Assembly: GCA_039091855.1 (NCBI GenBank)
Contig: JAWCLA010000001.1
Span: 1 to 13,256, forward strand
DNA from: Candidatus Aenigmatarchaeota archaeon
GTDB lineage: Archaea; Aenigmatarchaeota; Aenigmatarchaeia; QMZP01
Direction of reading: 5' to 3'
DNA length: 13,256 nt
The position numbers were made by a program, and so were the translations under genes. This document shows, in pieces, positions 6,846 to 13,256 of the stretch. A model generated the notes under the pieces. That model did no database searches, was not told where the DNA came from, and saw only the letters and a list, made by a program, of their open reading frames with translations. The first letter of the stretch is position 1. Each line of letters begins with the position of its first letter.

Positions 6846-8573
6846 ATGGACAGGGAAAAGGAAAGGGAGGTCTCTTCCCTTGACCTGAGGTTCTTTGTGA
6901 AAGAATGGGAATTCCTGAAAGGCGGATTCATAAGGAAGGTTTACCATTCAGGAGATTCTGAAAACTGGAAAGTTGTTTTTGAGGTTTTTGTTCCTCAGAA
7001 GGGAACCTTTTACCTTAATGTCTATCCAAAATGGATTTCTCTGGAAAGGTCAAAGGAACAGCTGGGAGAGAAACCCTCAGGGTTTTGTATGTTGTTGAGA
7101 AAGAATCTTTCAGGCAAGAGGATAGATGGCATTGATCAGCACGGGTTTGACAGGATTTTGGAGATATCTGTCGGTGGCTTGAGATTAGTTTTTGAATTTG
7201 TCCCGCCAGGAAACATAATACTTATTGACAGCCAAAACATCATAATAGGGGCATTGAAAACGAAAAAATGGAAGGACAGGGAGATAAGGGCTCGCTCCAA
7301 CTATCTATATCCTCCTGGAAGGCAAGACCCATTCTCTATGGGGTTTGAAGAGTTCAGTAGGTTTTTTTGCTCTGAAAAAAAGGCTGTTGCTGTGCTGGCT
7401 TCAGAACTTGGGTTCGGTTCTGCTTACGCGAACAAAATCTTCTCCGAGTCAGACATATCCACTGAAAAGCCAGCAAAGGAATTGAAAGAGGAAGAGATTC
7501 GCTTGATTTTTGAGAAAATCCGTACAGTTGAAAAAATTCAATCAGCCCCACCAAAGACCGAAAAAAATCAAGAAAAGGATAGACTGGAAATTATAGAACT
7601 GCAAAGAAAGGAAGCGCTTGAGAAATGGAAAGAAGCGGAGAGGGCTGCAAGGGAAAGGGCTGACGCAATATACAGGAAGTTTGACACAGTCGAAGCCCTG
7701 CTCGAAAAATTTTCAAAAAAGGAGGGGATGGGGTTCGAACCCATTATGAAGAGGGAAGGGCTTCACATCACTGTGAATCTCGATGGGGTTGATGTCACTC
7801 TCGATTTAAGGAAATCTGCACAGGAAAATGCTGCATACTATTACGAGCAGGCAAAGAAGGCAAGGAGAAAAATAAAGGGTCTTGAGCAGTCAATGGAAAA
7901 GCCCCTAAAAGAAAGGGTTGGAATTGATAGAGAACCTATTGAAGAGAAGAAAGGTTGGTACGAGAAGTTCAGGTGGTTTGTTTCCAGCGACGGGTTTCTT
8001 GTTGTGGCAGGAAAAAGCGCTGAGCAGAACGAGCTTCTACTGAAGAATTATGCAGAGCCCGAGGAATGGTGCTTTCACGCGGATGTGAAGGGGGCTGCCT
8101 TCGTTGTGGTGAACTCAGGTAAAAATGAGCCTCCTGAACAGACAAAAAAGGAGGCAGCTGAGTTTGCCGCTGCAAGCTCAAAGGCTTGGACAAGGGGGTC
8201 TGGAAGCGTTGATGTTTTTTCTGTTCAGAGAAAAAGCCTTTCAAAATCCCCTCCAACAGGAATGTTCCTTCCCAAGGGTTCCTTTATGGTTTATGGCAAA
8301 AGGGTGTGGTACAGGAATGTTCCTTTGAGAATGGCTGTTGGAGTTGACCAAAAAGGCAGGGTTGTTTCCGGGCCCGAGTCTTCTGTCAGCAAGGTTTCAA
8401 AATATGTTGTTGTTATAGTTCCCGGAGAAAAAAGGGCATCTGAATTGGCAAGGGAGATAAAATCCGAATTCATCAAAAAAGCAAGGGTTGAGGATGCTGA
8501 ATCAATACAAAGGCTTTCGCTGGAGGAGATAGAAAGACATATTCCTTTCGGAAAGGGTGAATTGATGCAGTAA
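6846..8573 (+). CDS. rqcH: Ribosome quality-control protein Rqc2/RqcH (NFACT family)
   Basis: NFACT-N motifs (SSLDL, PSGFCMLLRK, FDRIL, GNIIL, DREI...Y.YPP); HhH-like GFGSAYA; coiled coil ENAAYYYEQAKKARRKIKG; NFACT-R motifs (WYEKFRWFVSSDGFLVVAG, QNELL, FHADVKGA, LPKGSFMVYGKR). Confidence 0.92.
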   Translation: MDREKEREVSSLDLRFFVKEWEFLKGGFIRKVYHSGDSENWKVVFEVFVPQKGTFYLNVYPKWISLERSKEQLGEKPSGFCMLLRKNLSGKRIDGIDQHGFDRILEISVGGLRLVFEFVPPGNIILIDSQNIIIGALKTKKWKDREIRARSNYLYPPGRQDPFSMGFEEFSRFFCSEKKAVAVLASELGFGSAYANKIFSESDISTEKPAKELKEEEIRLIFEKIRTVEKIQSAPPKTEKNQEKDRLEIIELQRKEALEKWKEAERAARERADAIYRKFDTVEALLEKFSKKEGMGFEPIMKREGLHITVNLDGVDVTLDLRKSAQENAAYYYEQAKKARRKIKGLEQSMEKPLKERVGIDREPIEEKKGWYEKFRWFVSSDGFLVVAGKSAEQNELLLKNYAEPEEWCFHADVKGAAFVVVNSGKNEPPEQTKKEAAEFAAASSKAWTRGSGSVDVFSVQRKSLSKSPPTGMFLPKGSFMVYGKRVWYRNVPLRMAVGVDQKGRVVSGPESSVSKVSKYVVVIVPGEKRASELAREIKSEFIKKARVEDAESIQRLSLEEIERHIPFGKGELMQ

Positions 8574-8864
8574 ATGATTAATAGATAAAATCTAAATATT
8601 CTGATATGGATAAAAAATCTTTCAGGATGGTGGAGCCAACTGACTGGTTCAGGAATTTCAGGTGGTTCGAGTCATCCGAGGGGTTCAAGGTTGCATGCGC
8701 TACAACTGCTGAACAGAACAATCTCCTTATGGAAAGGTACGCAGAGCCAAACGATTTGGTTTTTTATGCAGACCTTCCTAATTCCAGGTTTGTCCTTGTG
8801 AAGCCTTACAAGGGAAATGTTGATGAGAAGACAAAAAAGGAGGCAGCTGAGTTTGCCGCTGCAA
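8140..8864 (+). repeat. 36-nt exact direct repeat, copies at 8140-8175 and 8829-8864
   Basis: AGACAAAAAAGGAGGCAGCTGAGTTTGCCGCTGCAA occurs in both rqcH and its paralog and encodes TKKEAAEFAAA. Confidence 0.9.
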
Positions 8865-9274
8865 ACTCAGAGGCATGGAAAAAGAACCTCACTCATGTTG
8901 ATGTTTATTGTGTGTTAAGGTCGCAGATAAAGAGGCATTCTGAACCATCAAAAGCTTTCGGCTCCTCTTCCTTTATGATATTCGGTGAAAGGACGAGGTA
9001 CAAAAATGTTGACGTGAGGCTCTCGATAGGCGTAAAGCTGCTAATAGGCGAGAAGGTTCCTCTTGTTGTTTGCGCTCCCTCTTCTGCAATAAGGCACAAT
9101 GCGGACTTCTTCGTTACATTGAAGCCTGGTATGAGAAGCGTTTCCGACATAGCGGCAACAATAAGAAACAGGATATTCCTAAAGGTCCCTGACAGGTTCA
9201 GGCCCTATGTGGAAAGGGTAAGGGAAAGCGACATATATGAACTTGTTCCTGACAACGTGGTGGAGATAATCTGA
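8606..9274 (+). CDS. Stand-alone NFACT-R (DUF814-like) domain protein, paralog of the RqcH C-terminal part
   Basis: Aligns with the RqcH C-terminus: WFRNFRWFESSEGF vs WYEKFRWFVSSDGF; AEQNNLL..YAEP; TKKEAAEFAAA.S.AW; SFMIFGER.RYKNV. Confidence 0.88.
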   Translation: MDKKSFRMVEPTDWFRNFRWFESSEGFKVACATTAEQNNLLMERYAEPNDLVFYADLPNSRFVLVKPYKGNVDEKTKKEAAEFAAANSEAWKKNLTHVDVYCVLRSQIKRHSEPSKAFGSSSFMIFGERTRYKNVDVRLSIGVKLLIGEKVPLVVCAPSSAIRHNADFFVTLKPGMRSVSDIAATIRNRIFLKVPDRFRPYVERVRESDIYELVPDNVVEII

Positions 9275-9285
9275 CTATCAAAAAG

Positions 9286-10254
9286 TTATCTTAAAACCTC
9301 ATCCATTTTTTTGAGAAATTTTTCCAGTGTCCCAAACGGGATTTTCGCTCCTGCCGCGTTCTGGTGACCTCCACCAGAGCCTCCTACTGACTCTGATGCT
9401 ATCTCAGCGAGCCTGTTAAGGGCAATCTTTGAGTCATGGGAGCGTATGGTCACATCAAGGTATTTGTCCCTCCTGAAAACGCACACTCCTACAGGCCTTT
9501 CCGTAACAGTGGCTGCAAACAGGGCCGCAGGTCCCCTGAAGCCAAATGAAGGCGTGTCCGTTATGTATCCTATTTTTCCAAGGGTTTTTGCCTTCCTTTT
9601 TACTATTCTGTAAAGCTCGAACTCCCGCCTTACAGCATCTGCTGCGCTTTTGACCAATCCCTCTATGTCTGAAGGGGTTTTCCCTTCCGCAAGGGTCTTG
9701 ACTATGTTTCTTTTCGCATCGTATCCGGAGAATTCCTCGTTTTTTATTCCAAGGGATATTGTGCACACCTCAAAGTATATTGCCCTCTTGTCCCAGTCTG
9801 AGATGTGCCTTCTTATGAAATCCGTGTCCTCTGAGTAGTCGCCTATTGCTCCATAAAGGGCAGTCCATATCATTTCCTTTGGCAGTTCTGACTGGAAATG
9901 CCTGTAAACTATTTCGGATGTGCTTGCCTTTGGGTTGTGGGCAAATGTTTCAAGAAGTTTAGAAAGCCTACTTCTTGCATCTGCCTGAAGGGGGTGATGG
10001 TCAAAATACATTATCCTTGACTGCTTATCCTCTATTGTTTTAAGGAATTTCTGTACATCTGACCTGTTTATTGCTATGTCCAAAATTATTATCCTTTCCG
10101 ATGTGGAATTTTTGAGGTCTTCGCATACAGAAACAGGCTTTGTGAAAAAAACTTTTGCTTCTGGAAATCTCGCGAGGGCAATCGCTCCTGCGCATATGCC
10201 ATCGCAGTCGGCGTGGGTGAGAATGAGTGTCTGATTTTTGCCTTCAGGTTTCAT
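9286..10254 (-). CDS. DHH/DHHA1 family phosphoesterase (RecJ/NrnA-like), 322 aa from MKPEGKNQ
   Basis: THADCDG, ILDI, FDHH, ASTS, GAIGDY, TIRS and GGGHQNAAGA motifs. I moved the start to the ATG at 10254 because the longer ORF overlaps the zinc-finger gene and the tRNA. Confidence 0.9.
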   Translation of the reverse strand: MKPEGKNQTLILTHADCDGICAGAIALARFPEAKVFFTKPVSVCEDLKNSTSERIIILDIAINRSDVQKFLKTIEDKQSRIMYFDHHPLQADARSRLSKLLETFAHNPKASTSEIVYRHFQSELPKEMIWTALYGAIGDYSEDTDFIRRHISDWDKRAIYFEVCTISLGIKNEEFSGYDAKRNIVKTLAEGKTPSDIEGLVKSAADAVRREFELYRIVKRKAKTLGKIGYITDTPSFGFRGPAALFAATVTERPVGVCVFRRDKYLDVTIRSHDSKIALNRLAEIASESVGGSGGGHQNAAGAKIPFGTLEKFLKKMDEVLR

Positions 10255-10302
10255 AGATATTTTATAACTGATTTGGAATATATAGATATATAGAGTGATA
10301 TT

Positions 10303-10461
10303 ATGCAAGTGCCTGCCCTCTGCCATCTGTGTAACGCAATTGCAAAGCCTGCATATACCTGCAAGATGTGTGGGATGATTGTTTGCTCTGACTGCTTCAA
10401 TGTGCAGACAGGAATGTGTATTATATGTTCCCAGAAATTCGGTAGGCGCAGAAAGGCTTAA
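10303..10461 (+). CDS. Small four-CxxC zinc-finger protein, 52 aa (not in the ORF track)
   Basis: Manual translation: MQVPALCHLCNAIAKPAYTCKMCGMIVCSDCFNVQTGMCIICSQKFGRRRKA. It has four CxxC pairs and a basic tail, and it fills the gap between the DHH gene and the tRNA promoter. Confidence 0.85.
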   Translation: MQVPALCHLCNAIAKPAYTCKMCGMIVCSDCFNVQTGMCIICSQKFGRRRKA

Positions 10462-10470
10462 TAATCGCAT

Positions 10471-10478
10471 TTTATAAA
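10471..10478 (+). promoter_or_regulatory. TATA box for tRNA-Ser (TTTATAAA)
   Basis: Consensus TATA box 23-30 nt upstream of tRNA position 1. Confidence 0.7.
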
Positions 10479-10536
10479 ACTCAATAGTTAGATTTGTCGC
10501 GCTGGGATGGCGGAACGGCAACGCGCAAGCTTGGAG

Positions 10537-10597
10537 TGACCCTTTTTACAGGAGCTGACGCTTCCATAAAAAGCGTCAACGGAAAAACTCACCTAAA
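10537..10597 (+). other. tRNA intron 1, position 37/38, about 61 nt
   Basis: Interrupts the anticodon loop. Relaxed BHB/BHL motif (TTGG/CCTA with one mismatch, AAA bulge). Internal hairpin TGACGCTT/AAGCGTCA. The junction is uncertain by 1-2 nt. Confidence 0.75.
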
Positions 10598-10629
10598 AGC
10601 TTGTGCCCGAAAGGGCTTGGGGGTTCGAA

Positions 10630-10741
10630 TACCGAGCCTTTTTACGAGAGACTTCCGTCTTCTTCAAAAGGCTAGGTCTCACCCAAAAACCGAAAACATA
10701 GTTAACCAATAAAATGGTTAATAGTGAGATTCAGTAGAAAG
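10630..10741 (+). other. tRNA intron 2 in the T loop, position about 59/60, about 112 nt
   Basis: Separates GGGGGTTCGAA from TCCCTCTCCCAGCG. Relaxed BHB motif (TTC/GAA plus a G-A mismatch, bulges AAT and AGT). Internal stems AGCCTTTT/AAAAGGCT, TCTCAC/GTGAGA and TTAACCA/TGGTTAA. Confidence 0.75.
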
Positions 10742-10757
10742 TCCCTCTCCCAGCGCC

Positions 10758-10765
10758 TTATTTTT
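10758..10765 (+). terminator. T-rich terminator after tRNA-Ser
   Basis: TTATTTTT directly follows the tRNA 3' end. Confidence 0.5.
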
Positions 10766-10781
10766 AGTTATTGAACGGATA

Positions 10782-10789
10782 TTATATAA
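10782..10789 (+). promoter_or_regulatory. Putative TATA box (TTATATAA) for the vWA surface protein gene
   Basis: Consensus-like box 19-26 nt before the ATG at 10808, with no SD motif. Confidence 0.45.
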
Positions 10790-10807
10790 CCTGCAATAAT
10801 ATAATTG

Positions 10808-13256
10808 ATGAAAAGGGCTTTCGTGTTTTCGCTTGATGCTGTAATGGTTCTGGGCCTTGTGCTGACGCTTACGCTCTTCATTGCAGCCCTCTCTTTCTCC
10901 TACTCAAACCCGGAACTAAGATATCAGAGGATGTATTATGCTGGTAAGGATATGTTAAATGTGATAAGCGAGGTCAGGATAAATTCTCTTCTGGATAATC
11001 CTGTTGTAAAGGATTACATCTCAAGCGGGATATTGGTGGAGGATGACCTTAACAAGACGCTTCTTGATGTGATTGGTTCTTTATGGGCAAAGGGTAACAT
11101 CACTGAAGCAAGGAACCTCACAAATTCCACATTTGCCCAGATACTTAACGGCACTAATTTCGATTATGAGCTTCTTATAGATGGACAGGAAATATTTGAG
11201 AAAAACACATCTTTGGGAACAAGCTACCTATCAAAGCTGTCCGCAATAGTTTCAGGTTATGAAATAGGGAAGCCTGTTTCAGGATATTCTGCAAGAACCA
11301 GGCTAACAAAAGCCAACAGGGTTTCTTCATACTACATATATTTCGGTGGGTATATTGGAGATGGAAACATAACTGTAAACTTCACTCTGCCAGAATTTGA
11401 CAACATTCTTAATTCTACGATGGAGATGAGTGTTGGTAACAATTTCAGCCTTTATATAAATGGGAATTATGCAGGAACGTATTTGAAAAACTCAAAAACC
11501 AACATAAGTGCAGACAGGTGGTGGATAGAAAACGACTATCTTAATTATTTTGTGCAAGGCAACAACACAATTGAAATAAATTTCACAGGAAACCAGAGCA
11601 TGTACATAGGTGGTGGATACATAAAGATAGCCTATAACACATCAAAGCTTGCTGAATCGCAGGAAATTTTTGGTGAAAATGCGACAAAGACGGAGATGTT
11701 ACATGGGATTGACGGTATAGTAAATGAGTATTCGTCTTTTTATGTTCCTGGTGCTCTCAAAAACATGACTATTTATCTTCATTACAAGAGCAATTTCACG
11801 ATTTTTATGACGGTTGGAAACAAAACTATTTATGAGGGAAACTCTTCTCTGGAAGGAGAGAAGTCAGTTATAATGGATGACAGTTATCTTTCTGGTATAT
11901 TGGATTATTCTGAAATTAGCAATAAAACAATACCTTACAGGATAGGGCTTCTGAATGTCTCTTATATAACAATAGGAATATATGGTATAGGCGACCCTGT
12001 TTTGGTGACTGATGTTTCTGGAAGCATGGATTATTGCGCTGTTTATAACCCTACGCCACCTTATCTCCAGCCTCTTACATGCAGGTATGACTGCCTGATA
12101 GGAGGGAGAAAATACTGCGACATATCCAACCCAAGTCAATGTACAGGAAATGTCTGTGGTGGGTTGTGCTGGCCAAGCGCATCGGGGCACACAGTTTGCT
12201 ACTCAAAGCTTACTATTGCAAAGGACGCTGACAAGAAGTTTGTTGACATAATATTGAACGAGTCTGTACAAGGAAACAGGGTTGGGCTTGTTTCGTATTC
12301 AACATCAATTTCTGGCTATCTCAATCTTACAAACAACGAGACACTTCTTAACAACACAATAAATTTATATGATGCAGGCGGAAGCACCTGTATATGCTGT
12401 GGTATAAACAGGGCGACACAAATGCTCAAAGATCTTAGTGACAACACAAGAAGGAGAATTCAGGTTGTGATGACAGATGGGGAAGCAAATGTTAGATGCA
12501 CAGAAAACAGGGCAAATGCAGATATGAATGGTGATGGAACGATAAATGCAAAGGATGACACTATAAACGCCTCTTGCATGGCATACCAGAATTATGGTAT
12601 AAAAATATACACAGTTGGTTTTGCTGAAAGTGAATCCGAGGTTGATGCAAACACACTCAACCTGACTGCACAGTGTGCAGGAGGAAAATACTATTACAGC
12701 AACGTAACAGAACTTGCAGAAACCTTCCAGCAAATTGCCTTGGAGATTATCAATGCAAGTTATGTTGCGCAAACGGTTGAGGTGATGGGAGAACCTAACA
12801 TAAGCAAGCTGTACCCAGATTCCTATATAAAAATAGTTTATGATTCGTTTGTTGCAAAGCCAGGGTATGGTGAAGTTATGCTCACATTTGAATCCCCAAC
12901 TATTGAAAATATGAGCGGTGAAGAGATAATAACACACAATGATACAGGTACAAAGGATGGTTGGTACTTCATTCCTGAGAATATGCAGGTTGTAGATGCC
13001 AAAGTCACTTCATATTCTTCAAACTACTGGACTGACAGATTGTATGTGAATAGCTCAAATACAGCTGACTGGACAAGGGTTTACTGGCTTGCGGACTATA
13101 ATATGAATTACACAAGTCTTGGCGATCCGTTCATAGTTCAGATTCCTGTTCAATACATAGGAACAGGGAACAACTCTATTAGGATAGGAACAGGCCTTTC
13201 GAGCATAAATGGAACAGGAGGCTCTCCTGATGACAGGATTATATACACGCTTAAAA
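10808..13256 (+). CDS. Large pilin-like (class III signal peptide) surface glycoprotein with a von Willebrand factor A domain; 3'-truncated by the window edge, at least 816 aa
   Basis: The frame is open from ATG 10808 to the window end, so the ORF track missed it for lack of a stop. The N-terminus MKRA/FVFSLDAVMVLGLVLTLTLFIAAL resembles a prepilin-peptidase substrate. vWA MIDAS elements: VLVTDVSGSM, GST, VVMTDG, plus RVGLVSY and IYTVGF. About 35 N-x-S/T sequons by manual count. Confidence 0.88.
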   Translation, partial: MKRAFVFSLDAVMVLGLVLTLTLFIAALSFSYSNPELRYQRMYYAGKDMLNVISEVRINSLLDNPVVKDYISSGILVEDDLNKTLLDVIGSLWAKGNITEARNLTNSTFAQILNGTNFDYELLIDGQEIFEKNTSLGTSYLSKLSAIVSGYEIGKPVSGYSARTRLTKANRVSSYYIYFGGYIGDGNITVNFTLPEFDNILNSTMEMSVGNNFSLYINGNYAGTYLKNSKTNISADRWWIENDYLNYFVQGNNTIEINFTGNQSMYIGGGYIKIAYNTSKLAESQEIFGENATKTEMLHGIDGIVNEYSSFYVPGALKNMTIYLHYKSNFTIFMTVGNKTIYEGNSSLEGEKSVIMDDSYLSGILDYSEISNKTIPYRIGLLNVSYITIGIYGIGDPVLVTDVSGSMDYCAVYNPTPPYLQPLTCRYDCLIGGRKYCDISNPSQCTGNVCGGLCWPSASGHTVCYSKLTIAKDADKKFVDIILNESVQGNRVGLVSYSTSISGYLNLTNNETLLNNTINLYDAGGSTCICCGINRATQMLKDLSDNTRRRIQVVMTDGEANVRCTENRANADMNGDGTINAKDDTINASCMAYQNYGIKIYTVGFAESESEVDANTLNLTAQCAGGKYYYSNVTELAETFQQIALEIINASYVAQTVEVMGEPNISKLYPDSYIKIVYDSFVAKPGYGEVMLTFESPTIENMSGEEIITHNDTGTKDGWYFIPENMQVVDAKVTSYSSNYWTDRLYVNSSNTADWTRVYWLADYNMNYTSLGDPFIVQIPVQYIGTGNNSIRIGTGLSSINGTGGSPDDRIIYTLK

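Larger units (their letters stand above)
10501..10755 (+). tRNA. tRNA-Ser(GGA) with two introns; exons approximately 10501-10536, 10598-10629 and 10742-10755
   Basis: Acceptor stem GCTGGGA/TCCCAGC with discriminator G73; D arm GCG/CGC; anticodon stem CAAGC/GCTTG with loop TT-GGA-G-A; long variable arm GCCC-GAAA-GGGC; T stem GGGGG/CCCTC with loop TTCGAAT. CCA is not fully encoded (GCCT). Confidence 0.9.

Noticed and set aside
8140-8864. 36-nt repeat interpreted as a CRISPR repeat or DGR template/variable repeat
   Set aside because: There are only two copies, 689 bp apart and in frame within paralogous genes. There are no spacers, cas genes, reverse transcriptase or adenine-specific mismatches.
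4741-10450. GTAGGCGCA at 4741-4749 and 10442-10450, each upstream of a TTTTATAAAA box
   Set aside because: Spacing to the TATA box differs and the second copy lies within coding sequence, so it is likely chance.
10255-10521. N-terminal 89-aa extension of the DHH ORF (411-aa call)
   Set aside because: It is antisense to the zinc-finger gene and the tRNA 5' end. The DHH motif I begins right after the Met at 10254.
10531-10598. Alternative reading as tRNA-Leu(TAA) with an intron at 33/34
   Set aside because: The G73 discriminator and overall sequence fit archaeal tRNA-Ser(GGA), and I found no BHB supporting a 33/34 junction.
10494-10712. 72-aa + strand ORF
   Set aside because: It overlaps the intron-containing tRNA-Ser and is spurious.
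1953-10722. Shared 8-mer TGGTTAAT in the SRP intron (1953-1960) and tRNA intron 2 (10715-10722)
   Set aside because: It is too short and AT-rich to show common origin, and the structural contexts differ.
10537-10741. Box C/D guide RNA inside the tRNA introns, as in the euryarchaeal tRNA-Trp intron
   Set aside because: There is only an isolated CTGA (10555-10558) and no RTGATGA box C in a suitable arrangement.
548-12937. Numerous short antisense or alternate-frame ORFs in the track (e.g. 752-1102, 1189-1569, 2863-3183, 11864-12190, 12365-12937)
   Set aside because: They are shadows of well-supported genes on the opposite strand or frame, with no recognisable motifs.

Overview
Archaeal chromosomal window. 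Genes are compact and mostly leaderless, with TATA boxes about 25-30 bp upstream; a DPANN-like origin is my inference, not demonstrated. Order: 2x[4Fe-4S] ferredoxin and geranylgeranyl reductase; SRP (7S) RNA; adenine deaminase; methylthioadenosine phosphorylase (- strand); a co-oriented run of membrane-anchored Lon/S16 protease domain, membrane-anchored DUF151 nuclease, TatD, Rqc2/RqcH and a stand-alone NFACT-R paralog; DHH/DHHA1 phosphoesterase (- strand); a 52-aa four-CxxC zinc-finger protein; tRNA-Ser(GGA) with two introns; and a large pilin-like vWA surface protein that runs off the window end. The most striking observation is in the SRP RNA gene. It carries a 42-nt insertion in the Alu domain bounded by a canonical bulge-helix-bulge motif, and predicted excision restores a normal helix-4 loop, so this is a putative endonuclease-spliced intron in SRP RNA. 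The same SRP RNA also appears to lack helix 6. All RNA pairings were derived by eye, without folding software or database searches.
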